Below, in pieces: positions 12,348 through 24,115 of a stretch of DNA of 64,000 nt. This stretch comes from Felis catus. Lineage: Eukaryota. Under the pieces are notes generated by a model. The model was not told where the DNA came from. It saw only the letters and a program-made list of their open reading frames with translations, and did not search any database. The first letter of the stretch is position 1. Each line of letters begins with the position of its first letter. A program made the position numbers and the translations under genes. The stretch is from the NCBI RefSeq assembly GCF_018350175.1, contig NC_058368.1, positions 9,238,001 through 9,302,000 of the forward strand, written 5' to 3'.

Positions 12348-12570
12348 GGGGCGCCTGGGTGGCGCAGTCGGTTGAGCGTCCGACTTCAGCCAGGTCACGA
12401 TCTCGCGGTCCGTGAGTTCGAGCCCCGCGTCAGGCTCTGGGCTGATGGCTCGGAGCCTGGAGCCTGTTTCCGATTCTGTGTCTCCCTCTCTCTCTGCCCC
12501 TCCCCCGTTCATGCTCTGTCTCTCTCTGTCCCAAAAATAAATAAACGTTGAAAAAAAAATTTAAAAAAAT
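12348..12570 (+). mobile_element. Young CAN-SINE (SINEC_Fc type)
   Basis: TSD AAAATGTGAAAAGTCTG. Confidence 0.97.
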
Positions 12571-12710
12571 AAAATGTGAAAAGTCTGGAAAATATTCTTT
12601 TTTATTCTATTCTATTCTATTTCATGGATAACATTCTTAATCTTCTGGTCCATGATAGGAATTAAAAAAAGAAAATCTCAGTCCCACAGACAAACAATGA
12701 AGTTCTTCTT

Positions 12711-12739
12711 TTTTCTTTTAATGTTTTGTTTATTTTTGA

Positions 12740-12774
<35 letters not shown>

Positions 12775-12941
12775 TGTGAGGAAGGGAGGAGCAGAGAGAG
12801 CATTAGACACAGAATTGGAAGTGGGCTCCAGGCTCTGAGCTGTCAGCACGGAGCCCGACGTGGGGCTCCAACTCAGGAGCTGTGAGATCATGACCTGAGC
12901 CGAAGTCGGACCTTTAACCGAAGGAGCCACTCAGGTGCCCC
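12711..12941 (-). mobile_element. CAN-SINE with internal (CA/TG)n microsatellite
   Basis: Full body; (CA)n at about 12741-12770; degenerate TSD a.gaagtt.ttctt. Confidence 0.93.
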
Positions 12942-14259
12942 ACGAAGTTATTCTTAAAGCCAATTATCAGTTGTTGCAATAAGAAGTCATAGAGCTAGGA
13001 CCCATGCCTTATTCTCCAATACCATAATAGTAACACCAGGAGGAATAAATCGTTTTTTTCAGTCTCTGCCCTGGGATACGATCTAGAGGCAATGGCCGTT
13101 CCAAACTGAGGTCCGGGAACGTTGTAGATAGGTAGCTTCCATAATCTATGCTTGTTGATGATGAATTAGTGAATCCTTTTATTTAACAGCTATTTATGTA
13201 GAGTTTACCACGTGGCCCTTTCTCTGTTATGATTTCTCTTTAATAATGGATGTGCTTGCAAAATGACCCAGGGAACTGGTTATGCCCCTGGCCTTCAAGG
13301 AGCTCCCACTGGGGGACTAGTAAAAGAGTTAATAAGGCATGGAAGGAAAGAGGAATGGAAAAACACGGGCCTTTTGCTTCTGGGTCACAGTTATGAGATC
13401 CGAGTGTGGGGTTGAGGATTTCCCCGAAGGGTAAAAGAGAATCATCGTGAAAAATAGCAACTCACATGGCTTCTTGTCATGCCTTAGTCCCTCAAATTCA
13501 AGCTAGTCCTAGAGCAAGCAAAGGATCCTCCCAACTTGTGCGACTATGTGTGTGTGAAGAGGAGGGAGAGGGGTTAGGGAGGACAGAGGAGGGGCAAAGG
13601 TTAGCTGCGTCTGAGGACCCCACTCCCTCCCGACCTCCTGGTTTTCTGTGCCCCCACCAGGGTACTGTTCGTTACTGCCTGGGTGAGTCTGGTTTGAAGC
13701 CTCTGGACTGCCCCTAGGCTGGCCGATGGGGCGTCCCAGAGGTGCGCAGCAACACCAAGTGTCCCTGGTGGTGACAAACTGCCTGCTAGAGCCACTGCTG
13801 ACGGGTGCGGCCCTTTGGGGCTGGCTCGGGGGTGACCGGTGCCGACCAGTCAGCCGGTTGCCTCACCACATTCTGCTCCCTGTCAGTCACCTAGAAGGAA
13901 GGGCTGGGCAAACTTGACCTCTCCCCCAGGTATCTGCTTGGGACTGTCTTGTTATCAGCTGCCTCCATTCCTGCCTGGAACCTCCCACTTATTCCCCAAG
14001 TCGAGGACAGCAGACTGGGGTCATTTCTTTTTCTTTTCTTTCTTTTTCTTTTCTTTTTTTTTGGTGGTGTGTGTGTGCGGGGGCGGGGGGGCAGGATCGT
14101 TTCTATTAGAAACAGTTGTTAACGTCATGCTTTCGTTCATTCGTTTCATGAACCGGTACAGGGCCCTATCATGGACCCCACACTGTGCTTGGGAAAGAGG
14201 AATCAGGCAAGGTCCCTGTCCAGAACAAGGGACAAATATATAAATAAAAAATAATCCCA

Positions 14260-14490
14260 ACAACCACGATACCTACGGTATGCTTTCATGTCTATGACAT
14301 TCTGGAAAAGGCCAAACTAGCGAGACCAAGAACCTATTAGTATTTGTCAGGGGCTGGGGGAGGGGCGCGGTGGGTAACATAACCTTGCCGGTGTTGGTTA
14401 TGCTACTACCTGTGCATTGGTTAAAACTGGCAGAAATGTACCCTGAAGTTTACTGTCCATGTTATTAGTTGATGTTTAGAAAAAGGAAAT
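14260..14490 (+). mobile_element. Old L1 (L1M-type) 3' fragment
   Basis: tatgacattctggaaaaggccaaacta..g.caggggctggggg..gttaaaactg.cagaaatgtac. Confidence 0.7.
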
Positions 14491-14494
14491 AAAT

Positions 14495-14750
14495 CACGAC
14501 GGAATGTGGTTAAGTGCTGCAGCGGCCTGGTGCACAGAAAGACAGCAAGGAGGAAGTAACCGGCTTCCTGGTGGGGGGGGGTGGGGTGCGGGGCGGGGGT
14601 CAGAGGAGGCTGGACAGAGGAGGGAGCAGCTGACTTGTAGTTTTGAAAGGTGATCCAGTCTGCCAGAGAGACAGAAAGGTGTATTTCAGGGAGAGGGAAC
14701 CGCATGGGCAAAGGTGTGGGGAGGCCGGACAGCAAGCACCTTGCGTCCCA
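14495..14750 (-). mobile_element. L2 fragment
   Basis: cagaggagg..ttttgaaagg..tttcagggagagggaaccgcatgggcaaagg. Confidence 0.6.
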
Positions 14751-14864
14751 TGAGCTACTTGTCATGTGGGGTTACTGGCCCATTGGCAGAGTCCTAGCAT
14801 GGCAGTTCGATACATGGGGCTCAGGAGTGGGGAACAATGAAACCCTGCACCCACAAAGCGTTAA

Positions 14865-14992
14865 CTCCCCACTCCTGGTAACCTCTAACCTATTTTCCGT
14901 CTCCATGAATTTGTTTATTCTAAATATTTCATGGAAGACTTTGAAATCATACAAAATTTGCCCTTTTGTGTCTGGCTTAATTTGCTGAGCCT
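14865..14992 (-). mobile_element. Old L1 (L1MB-like) fragment
   Basis: ctcctggtaacctctaacctattttccgtctccatgaatttgtttattctaaatatttcat..aatcatac..cttttgtgtctggctt. Confidence 0.7.
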
Positions 14993-15698
14993 ATTTTTGT
15001 TTTGTTTTTTAATGAGGCCTTTGGATTAACAAGTGGGCCCCGAGAAAATGCTCTCATTGGAGAGTCAGGGGAGAGGGGATAAGGACGTCTCCTCTGAAAC
15101 AGGAGAACTCAGTACCGGGCGGGGGTGACTTTCTGCGGGAGTCCCGCACATACTGTGGCTCCCCTCTTCATTCCGAGGTCAGACTTGAACACGGACACCC
15201 CTGCGTACCTGCAACTCACCTGCACCTCCGTAGGGCCCTGGTGTGGGAGACAGTCCTGCCACGAATCTGTTGCACACACCCTCCTCGCCTCCTACAAAAC
15301 TGTAAGAGGAATTTTTAAAAAGACGTAAGAAAATAAGTGACCAAGAATTGCAAATGAGGCAGCCCAAGAAGCAGGGTCTGGAGCTAATTAGCCCTTGAGC
15401 TGTCAAGCCCACTGGCTTCCAGTGACTTCTGACATTTCTAAGAACAATTAAGAACTCCGCTGTCACATTTCACAAAGGCCCAACCACGATGCCAACAAGT
15501 TCTACCTGCTCTCCCCACACGATGTCCAGACACAGAGAGAATTATACTCAGTGTAATTGTACGCCCTCGGGTAGAAATGTCATGTTTTGAAGAACTTTTT
15601 ATATTTATGCACCACAACATAACGCTCCTCATTTAAGGGGTGGATTAGAGTTGCAGAAGGGGGGCCTCTTTAAAAACATCTGAAATCACTGATGATAA

Positions 15699-15897
15699 CG
15701 TTTATTTATTTTTGAGACAGAGAGAGACAAAGCGCGAACGGGGGAGGGTCAGAGAGAGGGAGGCACAGAATCCGAAACAGGCTCCAGGCTCTGAGCGGTC
15801 GGCACAGAGCCCGACGCGGGGCTCGAACTCACGGACCGCGAGATCGTGACTTGAGCCGAAGTCGGCCGCTTAACAGACTGAGCCACCCAGGCGCCCC
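15699..15897 (-). mobile_element. CAN-SINE without poly(A) tail
   Basis: Full body; TSD TGAAATC(A/G)CTGATGATAA directly abuts aataaataaacg. Confidence 0.95.
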
Positions 15898-15914
15898 TGA
15901 AATCGCTGATGATA

Positions 15915-16190
15915 ATAGCAAACATTTGCAAGTGTATACTCTGTGCCAGATGCTATTCCAAGTGCCACACCGGAGCCTATGAGGTGGAGATGTATATAAT
16001 AATCGTGACCATTTTATACAATATATACGAATATTTAAATATTACATAAATATTTAAATAAGTATATAGAGGGAGAATCCTCCATTAACAGGTGAGCAAA
16101 ATGAGGCACAGAATGGCTTCACAAGTTTTTCAGGGTCACAGAGTCAAGGCCAAAAGCCAGGCAGGCTAGCTCCAGAACAGGTGCTCTCAA
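15915..16190 (-). mobile_element. MIR SINE (degenerate)
   Basis: tactctgtgccagatgctattccaagtgc..cctatgaggt..acaggtgag.aaaatgaggcacaga..gggtcacag. Confidence 0.7.
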
Positions 16191-16433
16191 CAGTTGTATT
16201 CACATCTCTTGTCTCTAAACCACCCTGAGTTTCGCTGCCACGGGACCAGTCAGCTTTGCTGGTATATGCTTCATGAGTCTTGTCAGAAAGCATTTATTAA
16301 TCACACACCTGCACGTGCTTCTGGTTCCTTGCCCTCTAACAACTGTTTTTCAAGAGAGAAATAAATTCATCTATGATGCATTCAGCCCATCTCATTCTCA
16401 GGTGGCTACCTCATAGTTATTTTCTATCGTCTT

Positions 16434-16560
16434 CATTCAGTCATCAGATACTTATCGAGCATCTACTCATGTTCAAGGCACTGTATCGAGGCGTGTGAGG
16501 GAGACACAGATCGGTGAGAAAGAGAGTCTGTCCAGGAGGAGCTTACCTTCCAGGTGAGGA
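16434..16560 (-). mobile_element. L2 3' fragment
   Basis: cattcagtcatcagatacttatcgagcatctact..caaggcactgt..ggagcttac. Confidence 0.65.
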
Positions 16561-16845
16561 AATAACCCATAGAACACCTGTCATAAGACAAGGTAGTATA
16601 ATACAAGATAAAATATAATACAGGGGGATGTAATTCAAGGTGAAAAATGACAAGAGCCATCGCTAGAAAGAAAGATATTTATTGCTACGGTTGTTCAGAA
16701 GAGAAACGACTTTAGAACGTCTGACGTGTGTCGTACAAGGTGGGGAAATTTGGTGGAGAGAAAGTGGAAGGGGGAAGGGGAGGAAAGGACACAAATGGGG
16801 GATTTTACGAAGAAAGTGATGAGACTGGCCTGCGATATGGACTGC

Positions 16846-17178
16846 GATGTGTCTCTGTTTGGAGATAGGGCCTTTAAGGAGATAATCAAGTTACCATGAG
16901 GCTGCTCGTGTGGGCCGTGATCCAATATGGCGGGTGAACTTATAAGAGCAAATCTGGACACCAACACAGAAAGGTGACCAGGTGAAGACCTATGCAGAAG
17001 ACAGCTGTCTGTAAACCAAGGGTGTGGGGTGGGGGGTTTCTCCCTCAGGAGAAACCGTGCCTGTTGACGCCTCGACATCCAACTTCCAGCCTCCAGGACG
17101 GTGGAGAAAAGAAATTTCTATCGCTGAAGCTACCCCGTCCGTGGTACCTTGCTACCTCCACCCTACCAAATGAATGCA
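16846..17178 (+). mobile_element. MaLR LTR (MLT1B-like)
   Basis: tttggagatagggcctttaaggagataatcaagtta..acttccagcctccagga..gaaatttct..aatgca. Confidence 0.85.
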
Positions 17179-17995
17179 ACCTAAACTCTTAAAAAAGAGA
17201 GGATTTGGACATGTGGAGATAAGGACGGAAGGAAAGGAACTGGGGGTGGGGGAGGGACCATTTAGAACAACCAGATTTTATTCAGTGGATCATAGGGAGA
17301 CATGGCAGGTTTGTGAGCAGGAGTGACTCGAACAGCAGTCATTCAATTTATTTGATTCATTCAGCAAACATTTATTGAGGATCTGCCACATGCCAGGCAC
17401 AGCCAATAACCACCCGGGAGCTTTAAAATGAATAAGCTGCCTCGGCACAGGGCTCTTCATAGGAGTGCACATCTGGGTGGGGAAAAAAAATGGAAAATGG
17501 GCTAGACTGAGGAAAGCATGGGGGTGGAGAGACTAGTGAGAAGCCTTTTATCCTGGCCTAATTCAGTGCTTTTCAATCTTCTTTGAAAGAGTCTAATACA
17601 ACCCTCAGGGAAGTGTCCACCCCACCCCTCCTGGCCCTCCCGATCACAGATAACAGAGGCGGTGCATTCCTTCTGCTCTATGGGCCAAGAAAATATAGTT
17701 GAGCTTTACCTTCTGTACTTTGCATTATGGGAACATGACTTTTAAACATTTCTTTCAAATATAAATGTAAAGCTGGATTATCCTTTCCAAACTCCACATT
17801 CTACCAGGAGATTTTGAAACAACCCCCCTCTTGGTTCCATCCAGTATATCTCTGAATCTACCCCTGCAGATAATCAATCGTCTTTTGATCTCAGACAGCC
17901 TCTCCAAGGGATAATGCTTGAAAAAACAGAAACAAAAAGCAATTCAAAGCAAAATAAATACATAGGATATCTATAGTGACGGGTCTTTCCCCAGG

Positions 17996-18682
17996 GTAGT
18001 AGGTAGAACAATGGTCCTCCAAAAATGTGCAAGTCTGAATCCTTAGAACCTGTGAACATATTACCGTTCATGGCCTTGAGATGATGAGATTAGCCTGGAT
18101 TATCCATGTGGGTTTAATCTAATCCCATGGGTTCTTAAAAAGAGAGAAACTTGCAGCACCTGGGTGGCTCAGTCAGTGAAGCGTCTGACTCTTGATTTCA
18201 GTTCAGGTCATGATTTCGTGGTTCGTGAGTTGGAGCCTCGTGTCAGGCTCTATGCTGCCAGCACGGAGGCTGCTTGGGATTCTCTATCTCCCTCTCCCTC
18301 TCTCTGCCCCTCCCCTGTTCTCGCTCAAAAATAAATAAATAAACATTAAAAAAAAAAGAGAGAGAGAGAGAGAAACTTTCCCAGCTATGGTCAGAGAGAG
18401 ACGTGACTATGGGAGAACACTCAGAGAGATGCAATGTTGGTGGCTTTGAAGATGGAAGAAAAGGGCCATGAGCCAAGGAATGTGGGCAGCTTCTAGAAGC
18501 TAGAAAGGTAAGGGAACGGATTCTCTCCTGAGCCTCCAAAAATGGAACATAGCTCTGCCAACATTTCGCGTTTCGCCCGTTGAGACCCATGTTGGAATTC
18601 TAACGTATAAAGCTGTAAGACAATTAGTCTGTACTGTTTTCAGCCACTCATGTTGTGATAGCAGCCATAGGACACGAATGCC
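17996..18682 (+). mobile_element. MaLR LTR (MLT1D/E-like), interrupted by a SINE
   Basis: gtaggtagaacaatgg..gaacctgtgaacatattacc..ggctttgaagatgga..gccaaggaatgtgggcagcttctagaagct. Confidence 0.88.
18153..18366 (+). mobile_element. CAN-SINE
   Basis: TSD AGAGAGAAACTT. Confidence 0.93.
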
Positions 18683-21617
18683 CTCCATTTGCTGTAACTC
18701 CAGCCAGACCTGCTTACGTAGACAGGGTCACCTTCCAACGTTGGCCTTTGTAGGGCCTCGCAATTGAGGATGTCCTTCCCGGTAGGGTAGACTGCATGGG
18801 CTCACTTCCCCACCAGATTTTAGGCTCCCTCAGGGCAGACACTGACTTTTCTACTTCAGTGCCAGCATAGTATCTGCCACATAGCAGCTTTGAAAAACTC
18901 TGACTTAAATGGTCGTATGAAAGCCCAAAGCAGGCTAGCGTTTCCTGATGCCCCAATGGGACCTCCAGCGGGAGGCATCGGTGCTTTTCAGACGTAAAGG
19001 GGTCAAGTCTGATGTCACCACTGATGTGCATGTATGTCGTTCCACTGAAACGAACTGCCATTAGCTGTCACCAAGACAACAAACCCCATTCACGTGTAGA
19101 GAATGGTGAGTCATTCAGACCAGCGTCGGCGAAGGCCCGGCTTCCCGAGACAATCGTTGTACAATGTCACTCCAGGCCCCTTTTCATGAAGAGCGTTTAT
19201 CAACGGGGCCTGTTCTAAAGGGCTCTCCCTGTGCGATTCATTTAACGGGTCCATCCAGGGAAGGCATGGAACTCAGATACAAAGCCTCGTTAGTTTGGAT
19301 ACACTCCTCCTGAAATTACGTTTATTTTTGGAAAGAGACGACCATTCACAATTTTTCATCGTTGGGTACGAAGCTTTGAAGTTGCTCTCTACCAAAGCTG
19401 GCAGTGGGCAGCCACAGTATAAATAACGCAGCCTCCTCCCCATCATAGCTTTGGTAACCGTTTTCGACTGTCGTTGGCAGAAAACTTGGCGCGGGTGGGG
19501 AACAGAGTCTTAGGGAAAGCCCTACTGGGCCAGGACCTGCTCTGTTGCACTTCTCTCCTCAATGAGGTCGCCCCGCTGTCCCTGCCGTTGCCATCATGGG
19601 TGCGCTGCAAAAACTCTCTGCTGTTGTTTGAGCCTGATGGTTGGGCCCGTGGTGAGGTCGTGCTGCTGGTATGGCTTCCATTCCTTCCGCAGAGCATCGA
19701 AGGGCTTAGCCAGAGTACAGCGCCAGACCCCAGCCTGCCTAAGATTTGGGGCTGTGAGGTGACCTGGAGAGTTTCCGTCTCCTTCCCTTTCTCCCCATGG
19801 CCCGAGCTCCTCTCATTGGAGACTAGTGTTTTCCCTCTTGCTTCTGGCTCGTCTCCTCAGCCATTCTCCTCTCTCCAACCCTGACGTTAGGCAACGGATC
19901 CAGCTATGGCTTCGGCTGTCCTCAAGGTGGTCCCTGAAGGGGTCCTGCCTTCAGGACGATTCATTACGCTCAGGAAATTCCAGCCGGTGGCACCTGTCTT
20001 TAGCGATACTTCCTTTGCTGTAAACCTTTGTGTTAAGAGACCGTGTTTCCCTGCCTCCTAGCCAGTTCCCAACTCCCTCAGCCAGGACGTGACCCTGGAG
20101 GGTGATGGTCCTAAATTTGTCCCTTAGGTCGGAAGAGGAGCAATCCTGCTCCTCCTTATCAAAAGAGCCATTTAGCAGGAGTTTTGGTGACTGCAGTGTG
20201 CCCTGGGCCATAGTGCATACAGGTTCATCAAGTCGTCAGCAGTAAACAGGAAGTAGATGACAGGATATTAAAGTTGGGTGCTTGCCACACAATTTTTTTC
20301 TTCTTGGCTCACGCTTGAGTGTTTCTTGGACTACGGTGCTCTGATAGAAGCATATCAAAATCAAGAAATATTTAATGAGTGACCAATGTATTTTATCTGC
20401 CACAACTTAGCCTGACCAGGAAAGAAAATGGGGGAGCTGGCAACTGGAACATGGGGAATGCACCGTCAATGTTACCCAAACATTCTAAATCCTAAACCAA
20501 TGCCAACCATGGTGTTTCCATGCTATTTGGCCATGGGAAGAGCTGTACCGGGATCTGAGTGGGACTCCTGAGCAGATTCTGTGGCAGGAAGAGCCGGGAA
20601 GGTGCGGGTGCTCTCTGGCAGGCGGGCTCTAACCTCAGGTTGGCCCTGCCACACACAACCTTCCTATGGAGAGGCGAGCCAGCTGCCAGGAACTGGTGAG
20701 TCCCAGTGAACAAAGGGTCAGGACTTCAGGGAAAATCGGACATCAATACTCCATTAAAGAGACAACGTCTCTGGAGAAAACCAGGAAGTGACAGATGGGA
20801 TGGGAGGGTGGACTCTTCTTAGCTCCTTCATCCAGATGAGCTGAAAAGAATGTGTTAGATATCAGAAGCTGAAGATCCGAGAGGAAGCCAGGACCTTGGG
20901 AAAGGAGAGGAACAACTCAGAGCCTACCTCAAGGTCATAGCCATTGGAGCAAGAGGTGTTGCTGTGGATCAGGGAGTAGCTCTAAAGACTGAACCCCTTT
21001 TCCACAAAGCCGTTCAGCCAAGGATGGTTTCCCCGCTGCCAACCTGTGTCAGTGAAATAACCGGGTCCCCTGTTCGACTTTTCTTCCCTCCTCAGAGTCC
21101 CCACCGTGTAGGTTTTGCACTGGGGAAAAGTCGGTGATTCAACTTTAGTATCGATTTACCGCTATGGAACTTGCTGTAAACAGAAGGATCTTTAATGAAA
21201 GCATTTTGCCACAAAGTGGTTACCATGACATAGGTTAAAATCCGCCAACTGCTAACCTAGGCCGTAAAAAAAAAATTTTTTTTTTGAAACAAGGAAGATT
21301 TGTAAGCTACTTTCTTTGATCATAGTGAAAGAGATAGCTTAAAGCTGTCTTTCAAGTGACTCATGTCTAAATCAATAATCCAGTCCTGGACAGAACAATG
21401 GTGTTGCAAACCAGAGGTTTGCAAAGCCACAGCATTTGTACAGCATAACATGAAGAGATGGATATGTTACGGGAATGCAAAATTTACATGAAATTTTAAG
21501 ATATAACGCAAAACTGCAAAGAAAGGTATGCTTTCATTTGGCCACCGCTGGCCACACCCCAAAATCCTAAGTCCCAACAGCAGTTCTCCAGTGGAAGCTT
21601 TGAAAAGTTCTGCCTTT

Positions 21618-21826
21618 GGGGCGCCCGGGTGCCTCAGACCATAGAGTGTCTGACTCTTGGTTTCGGCTCAGGTCATGATCTCACGGTTCACGAGATCGAA
21701 CCCCGTGTCAGGCTCTGTGCCGACAGGGCGGAGCCTGCTAGGGTCATTTTCTCTTCTCTCTCTGCCTCTCCCCCTGCTCGCCCGCTCTCTCAAACACATA
21801 AATAAACAGAAAAAAAATTTAAAAAG
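21618..21826 (+). mobile_element. CAN-SINE (older)
   Basis: Head, body and tail present; degenerate TSD gaaaag.tctgc.t.tgg. Confidence 0.92.
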
Positions 21827-22570
21827 GAAAAGCTCTGCTTCTGGAAATATAAGGAAGTCCCACCTAGCCCGGCATCCCGGGTTCTCAAGTTCCTTGCTTC
21901 TTCCTTGATAGGAAAATCAAGTATCACAAACCATCACAGGCATTGAGAAAGCATACGATGTCTAAGTAAACACATGAGCAACAACCCAAAAATCTGTAGA
22001 GAAGATACCAGGGTCCCTCTCTTTCACGTCAAACACCTGTAACAGCAGCCATCGCTAGCAAAGAGTAAGTGACACCTCGGGACCCTGATGTGCTCAGCCA
22101 GGGATGTGGTTCCTGACAATAAGGTAGGGTCTGTGGAAGAGAACACAGTAGTTCAAGGCTGGCAGGATAAAACAGGGCTCAATGCCAAAGCATCCAGGGA
22201 CTTCCCGAGGAGATAGTTGACTTAACTTCGTGTCCTCTTGTCCTGGACTTAAACAAACAGACAAACAAACAAAACCCCCACGGGATTGTATGCTAACTAC
22301 CTCCCCGGGTGCCTCTGACATTCTTTCTTGGATCCACCGAGAGCCCACTGGCACAGGCCTGGTTCACATTCCTATATGGGGCCTGTCCAAGGCTCCTGAG
22401 GGCTCCCAGGCTACCCGGCAGTTCTGATCCGCTTTCTTGGATTTCTGTGCACTCTGCTTCCTCTCCGGGCTCTCCTCTTCCTGCTGTCACTCCCAGGCCC
22501 ACACCGTGAATCAGCATCCGGGGCTCATTCTTCAGAGCACAGTGGAACTCCTCGAGGAAGCCTTTTCAAA

Positions 22571-22573
<3 letters not shown>

Positions 22574-22603
<30 letters not shown>
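22574..22603. repeat. (CT)n microsatellite
   Basis: Directly visible. Confidence 0.9.
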
Positions 22604-22606
<3 letters not shown>

Positions 22607-22799
22607 CCCGTGGTTGTATCACATGTCGCGGCTTCTGCACAGCCGTCACCTCCTGCTCCCGACTTTTAGTCACTTGTGTGGGTGGCTCCACTCCTCTGCT
22701 CAAAGGCAGCAGCTTGAGGATCCGACCTACGTCTTACCCGTCTTCCAATTTTCCACGCTACCGCTTACCGCACGCCTTGCACACACTAGATCTCGTTGG

Positions 22800-22970
22800 G
22801 TTGGCCTGGGGCAAGTGACGGCATCTCCCTAAGCCTTGGTGTTTTATCCATCAGATGGGACCGTGACTAGGGCGTCTTGCGATTAGCATCAGAACGAAGC
22901 GAGCCGATGCGAGTAAAGAGCGTAGTGCGGAGCTTGGCACACAGTGTGAACTGTTCCTATCAATATTGTA
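22800..22970 (+). mobile_element. MIR SINE (degenerate)
   Basis: gggcaagtgac..ctccctaagccttggt..gtaaagagcg..cttggcacacagt. Confidence 0.65.
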
Positions 22971-23114
22971 TCAGTGGTACCTTGTTCATTTAATACGAAA
23001 AAGTCACTTTTCAGTGTTTGGGGCCTCTCCCAACTCCCCGATTTAACGAAGAAAACACTGTGTACTGTATGTTGGTGTCCTTCGCCCTCTCTGTGTATCA
23101 AAGTCACCTGGAGA

Positions 23115-23300
23115 GGGGCGCCTGGGTGGCTTAGTCAGTGAAGTGTCTGAGTTTGGCTCAGGTCACAATCTTGCAGTACGTGGGTTCGAGCCCCGCGTTG
23201 GGCTCTGTGCTGACCGCTCAGAGCCGGAGCCTGCTTCGGATTCTGTGTGTGTGTCTCTCTCTTGAAAGTAAATAAACGTTAAAAAAAAAAAATTTTTTTT
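23115..23300 (+). mobile_element. CAN-SINE with internal deletion
   Basis: Head intact; the C-rich segment before the tail is missing. Confidence 0.93.
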
Positions 23301-23318
23301 TTAATCACCTGAAGAGCC

Positions 23319-23560
23319 GGGGCGCCTGAGTGGCTCAGTTGGTTAAGTGTCTGACTTCGGCTCAGGTCATGATCTCACTGTTTGTGAGTTCAGGCCCCGC
23401 ATCAGGCTCTGGGCTGACAGCTCGGAGCTGGAGCCTGCTTCGGATTCTGTGTCTCCCTCTGTCTCTGCCTCTGCTCCACTTGTACGCTCTCTCTCTTTCA
23501 AAAATAAATAAACATAAATAAATACAAAAAATAGATAGATAAATAAATAAATAAAAAATA
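23319..23560 (+). mobile_element. CAN-SINE
   Basis: Full length with (AAAT)n tail. Confidence 0.95.
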
Positions 23561-23595
23561 AATCACCCGAAGATCCTTTAAAAAATACCAATGCC

Positions 23596-23817
23596 AAGAC
23601 GCCTGGGTGGCTCAGTCGGTCTGACTTCAGCTCAGGTCATGATCTTGTGGCCCATGAGTTCGAGCCCCACGTCCGGCTCTGTCCTGACAGCTCAGAGCCT
23701 GGAGCCTGCTTCCGATTCTGTGTGTCCTCCCTCTCTGCTCCTCCCCCACTCATGCTGTATCTCTCTCTGTCTCTCAAAAATACATAAACGTTAAAAAAAA
23801 AAATAGATAAAAAATTT
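23596..23817 (+). mobile_element. CAN-SINE
   Basis: TSD AAAAATACC(A/G)ATGCC. Confidence 0.95.
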
Positions 23818-24104
23818 AAAAATACCGATGCCTGGGCTCTACCTCCCGGAAATTCTATCACTTTTCTATTCCCTAAATGTTTCTCCGGGAGGGCCAAAGT
23901 GGGGAACCCCTGAAAATCGTTCGAGAGTTGACCATTTCTGTCACACGTCCGTCTTGGCCCTTCTTTCCAGAGCAAAGGGCTCTTGTGATCTCGGGGGGGG
24001 GGGGGGAAGCCAGTCTCCAGAATAGCCCACCGGTAACACCCAGAGACGAAATTTCCCTTCGTTCTCCGGATCCCCCGCCACTTCACTCCCTCTGACCTCC
24101 CGTG

Positions 24105-24115
24105 ATGACTCAGCA
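24105..24115 (+). promoter_or_regulatory. Consensus NRF2/small-MAF antioxidant response element
   Basis: ATGACTCAGCA matches RTGACTCAGCA; motif only, no functional evidence. Confidence 0.35.

Noticed and set aside
12348..12430. tRNA-like sequence with Pol III A and B boxes
   Set aside because: It is the tRNA-derived head of a CAN-SINE, followed by the SINE body, tail and TSD.
19390..19456. 10-bp perfect inverted repeat flanking TATAAAT
   Set aside because: Several such 10-bp pairs are expected by chance in 64 kb.
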